64,000 nt of DNA from Octopus sinensis. Lineage: Eukaryota. The notes beneath the pieces were generated by a model, which was not told where the DNA came from, did no database searches, and saw nothing but the letters and a program-made list of their open reading frames with translations. Each line of letters begins with the position of its first letter. The first letter of the stretch is position 1. A program made the translations under genes and the position numbers. The stretch spans positions 132,804,001-132,868,000 of the forward strand of contig NC_043000.1 of assembly GCF_006345805.1 (NCBI RefSeq), given 5' to 3'. Below, piece by piece: positions 1 to 13,688 of this stretch.

Positions 1-90
1 AACCACTTTTCAGAGTTTACAGGGTGCTTTTTATATGGCAGTGGCACTAGTATAAAGATGAGATTTATAAATTATGGAAAAAGTATTCAA

Positions 91-759
91 TCTCTTTTAC
101 TTGTTTGTCATGTGACTGCAGCCATGCTGGAGCACTGCCTTTAGTCGAGCAAATCGACCCTGGGACTTATTCTTTGTAAGCCTAGTACTTATTCTATCGG
201 TCTCTTTTGCTGAACCACTAAGTAACAGGGACGTAAACACATCAGCATTGGTTGTCAAGTGATGTTGGGGGGACAAACACAGACACACAAATATATACAC
301 ACACATAAATATATATATATACATATATGGAGGCGCAATGGCCTAGTGGTTAGGGCAGCGGACTCGCGGTCGCAGGATCGCGGTTTCGATCCCCAGACCG
401 GGCGTTGTGAGTGTTTATTGAGCGAAAACACCTAAAAGCTCCACGAGGCTCCGGCAGGGGGTGGTGATCCCTGCTGTACTCTTTCACCACTCTTTCTTCT
501 GTTGGCCTGCTCGCTTAGCCAGCGGGATGGCGTCATTCGAAGGCTAAAACAATGTGAACGCATTGTGACCAGCGATGTGTAACAACATCTGATGGTCTGG
601 TCGATCACGTGATATATATATATATATGACAGGCTTCTTTCAGTTTCCGTCTACCAAATCCACTCATAAGACATTTGCCCAAGGTGCCACACAGTGGGAC
701 TGAACCCGGAACCATGTGGTTGGTAAGCAAGCTACTTACCACATAGCCACTCCTGCGCC
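91..759 (-). mobile_element. SINE family A (tRNA-type head GGCGCAGGAGTGGCTGTGTGGTAAG, ~390 bp), split by a family-B SINE inserted in its (TA)n
   Basis: Matches the other family-A copies in the window; tail ...GAAACAAGTAAAAGAG; interrupted at 328-612. Confidence 0.85.
328..612 (+). mobile_element. SINE family B (tRNA-Arg-like head), tail type 1
   Basis: A box TGGCCTAGTGG, B-box-like GTTTCGATCCC; body shared with 26366-26751, 30944-31248 and 37062-37447. Confidence 0.85.
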
Positions 760-1599
760 TTTTTTAATTTACTTTTTTGTCTAGTTCAGAAAAAAACAAC
801 AAAAACTATTATTTGTTTCTCAACAACTTTAATTTTTACAACTTCTACAAAAATTTGACACAAAAATAATTTCTGCCTCCTCTTTTCATACAGATATCTG
901 AGGGTTGGGGGGAAAATGTTTTACTTCATCCTTCATTTTCTTAGTTTTTTTTCAGTCAACACATTTTTATTACCTGAGCAAGTTACTTGCTAAAATAAAC
1001 ATCAGCAGAGGGCAAATAAAATCATGGAATTGAAAGACAAACATTTTTTTTTCAGGGGGGGGGGAAATAAAGAAATTTGTTAATTAACGTGACTTGCTGT
1101 TGTTTTAGCACAGTTACATATCATGCTGCAAAGACATTTTGGTAAGAGCAGAAAAGCTACGAGAATTCACTTCAGGAAGTCTTTCCTTGCATTATTCTAC
1201 AAATGTTTCAAGGTGGGTGAGTGGGAAAATTCTCTAATTATTCCATCAACTAATTTTCTGTGAATATCATTTCATACACAAATAATTTAGCTAATTAAAA
1301 GTTTTGACAGTTTAATCTTTGTCTAAAAGAATTAGGCATTGATTTTCTTTCTTTTTTTTTTTTTTTGGAGGGTTTTTTTTGTTGTTTTATTTTCCAATTT
1401 CATCAGAGTTTAGGATACTTAACAGAAAATCAAGTTGAGAGAATGTTTTGTTTTCTTTGTATTTTATTTTTATTCTATTTTTGTTTATTTATCTATTTTT
1501 TATTTTCTGAGTTTGAAAAAAAAAAAGGAAGAAAAAAAAAGAAAAGAAAGAAAAGGAAGCATTGGCCAGTTTTGTCAACCTTTACACCTTGTTTCTCAG

Positions 1600-1712
1600 A
1601 CTCAGCAAACTACGGATGGTACAAGCAAGAATTTAGGACACTTTGTACTGGAATTGCTACCAGTTTAACGAAACTCCACCATTTGGAAAAATATAATTTG
1701 AACAAATCATAA
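1600..1712 (+). CDS. Candidate terminal coding exon of a gene entering from the left (unknown product)
   Basis: Pyrimidine tract ...CCTTGTTTCTCAG acceptor; open frame xSANYGWYKQEFRTLCTGIATSLTKLHHLEKYNLNKS*; AATAAA just after the stop; no homology recognised. Confidence 0.3.
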
Positions 1713-2969
1713 AAAATAAAGTGGAGTGAGCTGTCATAAACCAATATTGAAACACATAAGAAGACTGCAAATCAGTGTATTAGATTTCAACATTCAAAAT
1801 ATATAACTTAATACATGAATAAGCATTTAGAATCTATTGTTATTAAATTAATGGCATAGTCTGCTGTTGCTACGACAGTCTGAAAGTATTATCAATTGAT
1901 AATATTTTCATTTGGTTATCAGAATACATGTGTGCATGTGTTTGCATGGAACTTGCAATTAGCCCTTTTATTTTTTTCTGATATGGATATCATTCCTGGC
2001 TAGAGTTCTCAGATTTCAGTTACGCCATAATGCCTGTATATTTTTCCATTTTTCTCTTTTTTTTTTTGGCAGGGGAGGGGGTGGGGGCTTTAGCCAATAG
2101 CTTTGAGGGAGATGGACAATGATAAACTGACTCACCCATAATGAATTACTTGAAAAGAAAGCCTTTGGTGATGCTCTTATAACTGGTGGTGGGTTTATGG
2201 GACATCTTAAGATTTACACATTCACACGCAGACTTACATACACATACACATTCCTACATACATAGATATAAACACAGGTTTTATGTAAGAAATGCGTGTT
2301 TTGTGTTAATGCACATTATGTACAGAAAAACACAAGAAGCAAAAAAAAAAAAATTATTAAAGGCATATACATTATGAGTATACATACATTTACCTAGAAA
2401 TATATTCTCTGCCATACTTTTACACAAAGCAAAAAATACAGATGTGCATTGGTGTCTGTGTGTGAATGGATGTGTTTGTTATAAATAGCCTCAATAGCTA
2501 GGAACATGTGTGTTGCAACAACTATTCATGATAATAAAAAGATAAATGCCATCACAAACTACAAAAGCTGTTACATTCAGTGTTGAGCTTTAAATCCTAC
2601 AGCAGTTTTGGTCAGATGTGAAATAAATCTTCAAGTGGATATGATGCTAGTATATTCCCAAAAGACAGGCTACTTATCTTTCCCAGACAGGTGAACCGAG
2701 AGTCCTCAGCTGCATATGAATGAATTGGTAATGAATACTTCATCTCTTCTTTCATTTACATATGCAAACACACACACACTTATATGAATTTATAATCTTT
2801 TTCCAAGCTCACATACAAAATTTTGCTAATCACAAAAAAATATTTGCTATTCTATTAAAATCTGTGTTATTAAAGGAAGGGTTTTTTATAAGCAAGTAAT
2901 CTAATTATAGCAGTTTTGTGTGTGTGTGTGTGTGTGTGCATGTGCCAGGTGATTTCAAATGTGTGTCCC

Positions 2970-4330
2970 AGTTGCCATATATGGAACTAATGAACCATTT
3001 TGATGTGGCAGCTGCAAGTAATTCAGGGTTCATGACTTTTAACATGTGTGATAATGAATGCAAACCATATAATCAGCAACTTAAGAGTGGTCGTGGAGAC
3101 TTTTGCTTTTGAAGACCTAATGTCATAGCTTTTGAAAATTAACAAATAACTTTTTTTCTAAATACCAGTTGATATGGCAGTCCTTTGAGACAATACTGTC
3201 TTAGTACTTATTTTACATATTTATTAATATTGTTATGATTTGGTCAGTGGTGGAAACTGTCAAAGTCAAATGTAGAATGGAGCATCACTGACAAACTACA
3301 CCTGCTTTGATGGTGAGGACAATGCAACTTAACTTCTTATAGGTTCCAGTTATCATGGTGAAAACAAACTTCAAGTGTTCCAGAGTATATGCCTTAAAAG
3401 ACACACAGACTCACCCCCAAAAGAGCAAAGTAGCTTTTTGAAGCCTTTTGATATTAAGTTTCTATTTAGCCTGAAATAAGAGCAACTTTGTCTTTGTCCA
3501 AAGCTCCTTGTGGATGATGTGGGTGACATATTGGCAGTAGGTGTTGAAGAACAAGCATCATGCCAATACATTCGCTGCATGGTTCAGGTGTATGCCAACA
3601 AATAACCAACTAATTGTAGCAAGATTTTCACCAATTTAAATTTCCATCCAAATCTGAATGGAATGATAAAACAAAACAAAAAGTTCCTAAAAACTGGTGT
3701 CAAAAGTCTTGGAGAGACTGACAAAAGTCAAGAAATGATCTTGGTCTTGCTCACGATGCTGTTTCTGTAATATTCTTTATTACAGAAACAACATTGGAAT
3801 TCTGTCAGAATTACTTTTGTGATGCCATGTAACAATCTCTGTAATATCATCTCACAATGGAGTTCTTTCCAGAACCAATTCAAGTGTATTGAGATTATGA
3901 TTGCTGAAAATCAGTTGTGATATTTTGGATATGCTATCATGATTCTTTGAAAGATCATGTTTAATCCATTACCCGACAGATGACAGCCAGCAGCATCAAC
4001 AGAAATACTTCTTCAAGGACCAACTTAGGTAGGAGATCTAATCCATTATTGGTTAAACACCATTCCTCCTAAGTTGTGAAAATAAAGTTAAACACTGTCT
4101 CAAAGAAATGCAGCATTCCAGTCCCAAACCTGCAAGCTGTTCCAGTTGACATAACGTCTAGTAGTAGTGATGTCAGCATGGTGCCAGTGGCAGCAAATTT
4201 GGAGAACAACCAGAAGGTAATTAAGATGAGACAGGGCTCCACACATTTAAATCCACCTCTATCAAGACTGCATACATATGTTCCACCTGCACTAACAGAG
4301 AGATGGTTGTGGTTTTGATAGTGATTGGGC
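2970..4330 (-). mobile_element. Degenerate RTE-clade LINE remnant (RT and C-terminal region, internally deleted)
   Basis: Frameshifted motifs ILTEFQCCF (cf. ILPESQCGF), LQKQHREQDQDHFLTFVSLSKTFDT (cf. LQEKCREQ..LY..FVDL.KAFD), TKLLLFQAK..FGGESV, LLAAATSKW. Confidence 0.7.
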
Positions 4331-5275
4331 TCAGTAGCCGGGAAAGAATACATAATAAAACATGGACAGTAGCAAAGTGTGTGTGTGTGTGTGCATATTG
4401 GTGCTGGTACCACAATATGTCCACACTAAGTCTTAGAAGTCAGCAATTGAAAGTTAAATCTAGCCAGCCTAGATATGTGAGAAACAAGTAACACATTACT
4501 ATATACAATGTGTAGAACTGAGAGCAGGAAGAGGTAAAAGCAATGATTACACACACATACAATGTTATGCAGTATAGAAGCTTGAAACATAAGTTATAGA
4601 GAGAGAGCCTTCAGTGTTCCATATACCATCATTAAAAAGAATTATAGAGAGAAAGCCTTCAATGTTTCATACATCATCATTAAAAAAACCTATCTGGGTT
4701 GATTTCCTTTAAATTCACTCATTCACTCAACAGTGATAAAACAGGTACCAGTAATATACTGGAGTATTTCCTTACAAAATGTAGTTTTGTATATAGAGAA
4801 TTAATGGTACAGACATAAATGTGCGTTTTTGTGTGTGAAAATGAGGAGGAGGGAAAAGTAGGAAGAGTTAGGGTCAGGGGTTAGGGCTCATGGCTGTTAG
4901 TTTATGTTTGTGATTGTACATATATAATGGCATCTGTAAATAAATTAGTGATTTATTTATAAATATAGCGTTTCATTCAAAAGCCTGTTACCTTTCTTCT
5001 GTTTCAAGGACAGGACCCCTTTCTTTCATTAAATACATTTATACAACTTAGACACCCACGGATATTTTCAAGCATGCATGAATATATACACAAATAAATA
5101 CACGTGACCACATATGCATACACAGGCACACATAGTTAGACAGATACATTCCTACACTTTGGTGCATACATCTAATGAAAGAAGTCCATAAACCTATAGA
5201 GGTGTATTACTATGTACATACATTCAGTAATATACATATACAATTTCATATATGAAATGAATAAACACATATTTT

Positions 5276-5482
5276 CTATTTCTTTACTACCCACAGAGAG
5301 GACAGACAAACAGATTAAGTTGATTATATCGACCCCAGTGTGTAACAGGTACTTATTTAATCGACCCCGAAAGGATGAAAGGCAAAGTCGACCTCGGCGG
5401 AATTTGAACTCAGAACGCAACGGCAGACGAAATACGGCTACGCATTTCGCCCGGCGTGCTAACGTTTCTGCCAGCTCACCGC
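5276..5482 (-). mobile_element. SINE family C (head GGCGGCGAGCTGGCAGAA), tail C1
   Basis: Core GCCTTTCATCCTTTCGGGGTCGATTAAATAAGTACC shared with more than 12 copies in the window. Confidence 0.85.
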
Positions 5483-7204
5483 TGAATAAACACATATTTT
5501 CAGACATACACACATGTACACATTATTATTCTTTAGATTTATTTATTTCACTAAGTCTAGTAAACAGAAGCAAACATCCTTTACAAAAATACTTGCTTTT
5601 GTTTCCAATCAAAAGTACTCATTAATGGGTGAATCAGAGCCGTAATTTCAGAGGAGAGATGAAATGGAGATTGTAACATTCTTACTTTTCCTAAAGGATA
5701 CTAAAGAAGTAAGCATAGCGAAGGGGATAACAAGTTTGCTTTACAACTACATGGTTCCTGTTTCAATCCCACTCTACAGCATGTTGGGCAAGAGTTTTTT
5801 TTTTTTTGTTTTTTTAAGCTGTATCCTCAGGTTGAACAGTACCTTGTGAGAAAAATTTGGGAGATGGAAACTGTGTGAAAACCTGCTCTGTGTGTGTGTG
5901 TGTGTGTGGGGGGTATCTCTTTATGTAAAAAAGATAGCCACTTAAAAAAAAGAGATTGGTAAAATAACTACCATCCTGGAATAATGATCAACTAAAATCC
6001 TTGAACCTGGAGCCAAGTCTTGAACACAAGTCTGGTGCTTTAAACCACTACGACTAAGCAAAATAAAAAAATTAAAGGTTTCCTTGATAAAATTAGTTAC
6101 CAACTTGAAATCTGACACACAGACAAAATTGTATATATATATATTTATATATATATATATATGATTGATTTTATGTCAAGTTATATATATGAAAACAATT
6201 TAACATTAAGCTGAAGAATTACTCAATACTTTTTAGTAGAATACATATTTATTGAACTCTTACAAAAAGAGGAGTGACAGTGACCTCAAAGTTTCACCCT
6301 GTCTACCCTCACCAGACAAGCAGGCTTAAACTTCAGTTATTGTTACGCCTCTTTTTATAAAAGTTCAATATATACATACATACATATATAATTATATATA
6401 TATATATCATCAGCATCAGCATCATCCTTTAACATCCATTTTCCATGATGGCATGGGTTGGATGGTTTGACCAGAGCTGGCAAGCTGCACGAGGTTCCAG
6501 CCTGATTTGGGTTGGTTTCTATAGCTTGATGCCCTTCCTAATGCCAACCACTTTACAGTGTGAGCAGGGTGCTTATATACATAAGATAAAAGACAGAGAC
6601 AGAGAAATGACTATAGAATGTTGCTTTACATTCATTTTCCATAGTATTAGAAATACATATATATATATATGTGTGTGTGTGTATATGAGAGAAAGAGAGA
6701 GATAAATATAGAATGGTGTTTTACATTCATTTTCCACACTATTAGATTTTTGTCTGACCAGTTGTTTGTTTCTACAGTTAAAACAGTCAACCGTGAAACA
6801 GCCAGTAGAACATAATGGAGTATAGAATTAAGTACCTTGATTAAGAGTAAATCAGATTTATTATTTCATTAATCTTCCAATCAAGCATGCAGTACTCCAG
6901 AACCTTCAACTCAAACATATATTTTATAAAGAATGCTAAAAATATTATCAGTAGTTAAAGAATGCTACATTTTAGCTGCTTTTAAAAAGAATATTTATAA
7001 CTTACTGGTGTGTGACCATCATCACAAAATGTTCCAAAGCAACAGTTTGAGTTAGAAGCAAAACATGTATCTTAGTTTTTCTTGACCATGTACTATTTTT
7101 AAGATGTTTGAGTTGTCTGTTATAGACAAAGGTTTTGAATGAACTCAACTGTTTTTGCATATTTTGATTGTTTTAAGCAAGTAAAAAAAAATCTATAAAA
7201 TAAT

Positions 7205-7625
7205 TCTTTCTAATTTTGGCACAAAGCCAGCAATTTTGAGAGGAGGGGCAAGTCAATTACACTATCCCGTAGTACTTGACAGGTACTTATTTTATCAACC
7301 TTTAACCCTTTTGTTACCAACCCGGCTGAAACCGGCTCTGGCTCTGAGTACAAATATCTTGTTATCATAAGTTTTGAATTAAAATCTTCCACCAAACCTT
7401 AGTCACAATTTATGTTCCTAACACTAGCTGAATGACAACTAAGTTATTTTACTAAGTTCTTTGTTATATATAAAGTAACTAAAAGAAACACAGAGCATCT
7501 CAAAATAAATACAGTAACAAAAGGGTCAAAGGATGAAAGATAGAGTTGAGCTTGGCAGAATTTGACCTTAGGATGTATAGAGCTGGAAGAAACACTGCTA
7601 AGCATCTTGTCCGGCATTGGTTTCA
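7205..7625 (-). mobile_element. Degenerate SINE family C (tail C2) carrying a piggyBac-type MITE
   Basis: C2 tail ...GCTGGCTTTGTGCCAAAATT; core interrupted at 7306-7525. Confidence 0.7.
7306..7525. mobile_element. piggyBac-type MITE
   Basis: TTAA|CCCTTTTGTTAC ... GTAACAAAAGGG|TCAA: 12-bp TIR with CCC/GGG ends and a TTAA-type target. Confidence 0.75.
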
Positions 7626-10025
7626 CCAGCTTTCTACTTTAATGTAACAACAATAATACCTTGTTGATTGTTAGATGCTAATTGATATATCACCTGTCTC
7701 TGTCTGCCTCACTATAATGTAGAATTTTGAATGTCTTTCTTTTTGAAAGTTTGCATTTTTGTATAGAGTTGATCAACTACTAGAACCATATTGTAGAAAT
7801 TAAGTTTTTTGTAAGTTATGATAGCAACTAATTTAAAAAAAAAAAAAATTAAATAGACAGTATCTTTGAGAAAAAGGAAACATAAGCATTAATATCTCCT
7901 ATTTTTTAAACCAATAACAAATGGTTATTCCTCAATGGCTGTCTCTGATAACAAAAAAAAAAAAAATGTGGGCAATTACATAAATTAATGACTTAAATTA
8001 ATTTCAATGAAACAGAAGGATTAATATTTAAAAAATTTTCTCCATATCTTGATTTATTTTAATCATAAAAATAAAAGTAAATCAACAAAAATAATCACCC
8101 AATGATATTTTTTTGCCAGGAAGGACTTCAAACTATGGACTTTGTTCTTTCTGTAATGTTACAATATAGAAGGAAAAATATAATGGGTTTAAGCTGTTAT
8201 GCCACCAATAATGTCTAAGAGTGCTACAAGTAGAGCCATCATAAAGCATGGGCATACTGGGTAGGTTACTTGGAGGCCTCACAGATCTAAGGGTCCAATG
8301 TTAAGCATATATATTGTGGTTTGCTCACACTCAATAAATAGTATAGACCAGGTTTCTGCTTTGCCTAAGGGCCTATAGACTTCAAAATTGACAGGATAAA
8401 AGTATACTTCTAAATGTTTTAAGAAAATATGGAGTTATGATACTAGAGACTATGATGTTTGACTTGAGAGGGTTATGGTCAGTGAGGGGAAGACTGAAAG
8501 ACTAGTCGAAAGTATATGCCGAAATTGAATCAAAGACCTTAATTAAAACAAGGCAAAGAAAACTAGAATAACACCAACAACTCCTATTTCTATTTACTGA
8601 AAATTTATCTGAACAAAGGAGTGGTGCTCCGTTTTATATCACACTTGCCACACAAACATACATTAAACACCTGATAACTTAGTATTTTTTTGAAACTCAG
8701 TAATATTGTTGCTTGTTTTGTACTTTTTTTTTATATGATTTATATACCAGATATGTATTAACTTTCTTCACCTGGTACTTCCAATAAATTAAAACATTAT
8801 GGTTTTAACATTTGGACTTTGGTGTGTATGTGTATGTATGTGGGGGGCGGGGGAAGAAAGAGAGAATTTTGAAGTGTGCGTGTATTAATGTTAAGGCTTA
8901 AAGTAGCATAACAACGATATCATTGTCTTGAGTAATTTGGTTGTACCGAAACAGGGATGAGCACCAAAACCCTACGAAAATAGGTATAAATCAAATTTTA
9001 AGGAGAAGATTTAAATTTGGGATTGGGGTTTGTGGAGGAGGACTAGGTTGACTTAGTAAAGTAATTTTGATTTGCTTTCCTGTATTTATTTGCTAAAATT
9101 CATTGATTGGTTCCATGCAAAAATTTTGCACCCAAGGAGTTTCTTTAAAGCAAAGCACATGACGTTTGTATAGACATATCTAATTTTCATTCACCGAGAT
9201 TTCAAGTGTATCCCATGGATTCTCACAGAATTATGTATGTACGTATGCATGCAAATATGTATTAATGTAAGTGTGCATAAGTATCTGTATATTGTAATAT
9301 GTTTATGTATGTTGGTATATTATTATATATATATATATACATCGATGTACTTATTTATTGAAGCATGTATGCATATAAATATGTATGCTTCAGAAGTGTG
9401 TATGTTTGTGTTTTTGTGTGAGTGTGTGCATGCAGAAATGCATGTGTATTCGTTCTTATATATATATATATATATCATGAAAATATCTTCCACATCATAT
9501 TTTTTTAGTATAAATCAATAGACTAACCAGAAAAGACATTTTCACACTTATCAAACGTATATCAAGGTTTTTAAAATTCATCATCATATTTGGTATTTCA
9601 CATGAATATTACTAAGTATATTTAGATATACTACTTAGATAAATCCTTTGTAGTAGTGTCAGTGTGGTTTAGCCGATGTATGTATGTATAGTGTATTGGT
9701 GTTGTGTCATGTATGCAGATAAATCCCATATATCATTTCAAAATATCTCATAGATCATATATATATCACATGTACTTAAGACATAATTGGTAAATCCCAT
9801 ACCTCATCAGGGATGTATCATTTACATCACATCACATAAATATATCTGTGAATACAAAGTAAATATTTTTCGAAATTAAAAAAAAATATGATTGTTCCTT
9901 GAGTGTTTTTGCACATTTATAAAAGTCTCTTTTATCTTCTTCCATTTGAATTTCCATTCCTCATCTATTCATCTTGTTTTTTTTTTTTTTTTAAATTTCT
10001 GTACTGTTTTGTTATTCGAAAGTAT

Positions 10026-11152
10026 TTAAGATCTGGAACACACAAGAGGTGGGGGCTGAACATATTCTGGTTTGAATTGTAAATAGTCCAAAAGTTTTTG
10101 AGGTAATGGCAGACGAGGAATCATCTCTGGAGAAAAGTATTGTAAAATTCTTGTACGGCAACGGTTCTGAAGGTTACCTTTGTTGGGAAGCTTGTAAACA
10201 TGGATATGATCTGTCGAAGAATCTGGCACATTAAGAACCAGGGCCATGCGATCACCACAGTTAGAAAAAACAGGCATAAAATTAACAGGACATGAATGCA
10301 GACCACATATAAATCTAATATACTGAATACAATATAGTGTTTGTGAAGTATCTCCGTCAAATACGTAAACAGCCATTGTAAGGGCATTATATTTGCGACT
10401 TTTTTTCTCACGACAAAAACAGCCACCTGTCATCATTATTGCAAATATCAGCAAGCCGTCTTTTGAGTACACCAGGTTTTTCAATTTCAGTCGCTGCATA
10501 TCACGGAAAACATCAATTTGTGTGTTGAATGACACGGTTTCCCAGATGTCTGTTCGAACTAGACTAAGTGAGTTATCTTCATCTCGTCTGAAGCTGGTTA
10601 CAGCAAGACGGAGGTTTCCAAATCTAGGATCAAATGCAAATAATGAGTGACTGTAAGGTAAACTAACTTCACTAATCAGCTGTTTGGTTTTAATGTTGTA
10701 AAGCTGAAAGACAGATGCGCTGTTGTCTCCACGGAGATTTGGAAATTTAATCAAACATGTTGAGTCGTCAGAACTCAGTTCACCCCATAAAGCTTCATTC
10801 ACAAATTCCACATTCTGTTTACCGAAATGTCCAAGAAATTTATTAATACTCAAATCTATGACTCCAAATTGAGTCATCATATTCTGTACAAGATGAAGGA
10901 TGACTAAGTTGTCATGGTAACATAATACACTTTTGACATGGAAATTTTGAATCGAAGACAACTGGGCAGGAATATGGTTGTACTCGAAATGTTCTGCCAT
11001 TTTGATAAATTTGCTTCTGCGTCGAAAACTGAAAAACGAGTTACTTTTGTTTATATCAATGATCCCTTGTCGACTTGTGCAGAAAGCGGGACTACAGTCC
11101 TTAAAAACCAAGCCATCACATGTTAGAAGGGAGTCACCAAAACCAGTGGCTT
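10026..11152 (-). CDS. SOCS-box protein, last coding exon (beta-rich, propeller-like body plus C-terminal SOCS box)
   Basis: Long non-repetitive ORF; C-terminus LPNKGNLQNRCRTRILQYFSPEMIPRLPLPQKLLDYLQF = BC box (LxxxCxxxI) plus LPLP cullin box; acceptor TCTATTTCAG|AA at 11152 (phase 1), so the ORF-track start at 11171 is probably intronic. Confidence 0.9.
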
Positions 11153-11354
11153 CTGAAATAGACATAAACATTAAACTTCCATTAATAACTTTAAATTATA
11201 TTTCAAAGGAAAACAAAAATTCATTATACAATAAAAAGAGAAACTGAAAAAATAAATGTTTCTTTCACATAATATGTAATGAAAAAACATATAATATGTG
11301 AAACACTATACAAAAGACATGCAATAATAATAATAATAATAATGATAAACCTTT

Positions 11355-11738
11355 CCACTATTGGCACAAGACCTGAAATTTTGTGGGAGGGGGCCTAGCT
11401 GATTACATTTGGCCCCAGTAATTGACTGGTACTTATTTCATTGACCCTGAAAAGATGAAAATCAAATCCAACCTTGACAGAATCTGAATTGAGAATGAAA
11501 AACCTATTTCTTTACTACCCACAAGAGGCTAAACACAGAGAGGACAAACAAGGACAGACAAACGGATTAAGTTGATTATATCGACCCCAGTGCATAACTG
11601 GTACTTATTTAATCGACCCCGAAAGGATGAAAGGCAAAGTTGACCTCGGCAGAATTTGAACTCAGAACGCAACGGCAGACGAAATACCACTAAGCATTTC
11701 ACCTGGCATGCTAATGGTTCTGCCAGTTTGCCACCTTA
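11355..11738 (-). mobile_element. Two tandem SINE family C copies (tails C2 and C1)
   Basis: Two cores in succession with different tails. Confidence 0.75.
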
Positions 11739-11884
11739 ATGATGATGGTGCTGGTATGAGTGATGATGATGATGATGATGATGAAGCTTGATAGTAGGTC
11801 TGCTCAATCAGTGCCTGACCTTGGGCTAAACAATAACAACAAACAAACAAACAAAACTGAATTACTACCACAAAGAAGCCTTCA

Positions 11885-12130
11885 ATCATTTCGTATTTGA
11901 AGTCTAGTATTCTCAGGTCTGATCAAACTCCCACCTACCAACTCTCCCTCAATCTACCATTTTTATGGGAGACTATCACCCTCAAATCTCATCTACTTTT
12001 TGCTTAATAAACTCTATTCTCTCACAATCACATGTTTAAACTTGTGTAGTCCTCTCTTCTGCACACATTTCATTAATCTCTTAGTAACCAACCTTTGTTT
12101 TACACAAACACACTCCAATGGTCCTGGCAG
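11885..12130 (-). mobile_element. Highly degenerate RTE LINE 3' fragment
   Basis: Minus-strand CVQKRGLHKFKHV... resembles VQERRLRWYGHV; many stops. Confidence 0.35.
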
Positions 12131-12427
12131 TGTCTAGTAGAGAGAGCCACTGTGGACTCAGTGAATGGTCAGTCTTTTAACTCACAGGAAGTGGCTTGAG
12201 TGCCAATAGATTTATAGTTACATAAGAGAGTGAGATAGTAAAACACTAACTCTCGTCATTAAGTTTGGGTGAACTGTAGTATATTGTGCTAATTAATATA
12301 AATTAATAAAAAAAAACAGGAGCCTTTATGTGGTTGCTTGATCTGCTAGAAATAGCAGCCAAATTTCCCAAAAATCATACCTAACCATCATGGGGTATGT
12401 AGAACAGCGGATAATGTAACCATATTA

Positions 12428-12816
12428 GGTGCAACGAGTGGCTGTGTGGTATGTAGCTTGCTTACCAACCACATGGTTCCGGGTTCAGTCCCACTGCGTG
12501 GCATCTTGGGCAAGTGTCTTCTACTAAAGCCTCAGGCCGACCAAAGCCTTGTGAGTGGATTTGGTAGAGGGAAACTGAAAGAAGCCTGTCGTATATATGT
12601 GTATATATATGTGTGTGTGTGTTTGTGTTTGTCCCCCCAACATTGCTTGACAACCGATGCTGGTGTGTTTACATCCCCGTAACTTAGCGGTTTGGCAAAA
12701 GAGACCGATAGAATAAGTACTAGGCTTATGAAGAATAAGTCCTGGGGTCGATTTGCTTGACTAAAGGTGGTGCTTCAGCATGGTCACAGTCAAATGACTG
12801 AAACAAGTAAAAGAGT
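12428..12816 (+). mobile_element. SINE family A
   Basis: Full-length head-to-tail match to the other copies. Confidence 0.9.
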
Positions 12817-13688
12817 GTATATACCCCACAAAAGACAGGATGGTTATGATCAAAATGCTTTTAATCATAGGTCAATAGCTATAATGACCAATGAAGGCAC
12901 ATCTATATGTTTCTGCAATCTGCTAGAAACAACCATCAAATCTTCCTCAAATCATATCCAACGAAAAATGTAAGTTTATATTGGCTTGTACACTATAATT
13001 TAACAAAGAAAGGCTGGTTATGGCTGGAATGTCTTTGATCATTCTGTGACTAACTTGACTTTCAAACGGCAACGGCAACATCTACAACTTAATTTACAAC
13101 TAAACATACCAGGTCATGTCAAGTTAAGAGATTTTTTTTTTCCAGAGACAGTATATTATGAGTATCATGATAGAGACCATTAAGCCTTAAGTTGATAAGC
13201 AGGCCTCTTATCAACACACACAGTTATCTGTGAGTCTCTTGAGATCAGTAATCTTCCAGTATATTAATTATATCATCATATCAGCTCTTATAACACTGAT
13301 TATCAAAATATTTCTCATTCACTATTTTCCTGTCACTTCAACCTACCCTGTTGCATTAGCAAAAAAAGTCAGGTCACAAAACAACTATAAGTGATTATAA
13401 TAAAAGTTTCAAAATGGTAATAAGAACAAACACAATAACCCTATAGGAATGCCTTTGGAATTCCTAATCTGCTCATCACACATCCACTGATACTATAGTA
13501 ACACATACTTCAAAGGAATCATTATCTTGGAATTTTAATTCTATGATATACATATAAGGAAGGTGTTTTCTGTTTTCCTGGAGACTGCTATCATGGCAGG
13601 GAGGGAGGGAGGGAGAGAGAGAGAGAGAGAGGGGTTCTGTGCTTAAAGGGAGAGAATCACTTCTAAGTTTTTTTCTCTTTAGTTTTAA

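Noticed and set aside
328-405. tRNA-Arg-like sequence as a true tRNA gene (likewise other SINE heads and 58753-58680)
   Set aside because: Acceptor and anticodon stems do not pair properly, and each head runs straight into a SINE body
9770-9820. Minus-strand CUGAUGA-GGUA..UACC-AAUUAU-GUC hammerhead look-alike
   Set aside because: GAAA is replaced by AAUU and stem I does not pair
10121-11247. Short ORFs overlapping the SOCS-box exon in other frames or strands
   Set aside because: Shadow ORFs of a real coding exon; no recognisable motifs
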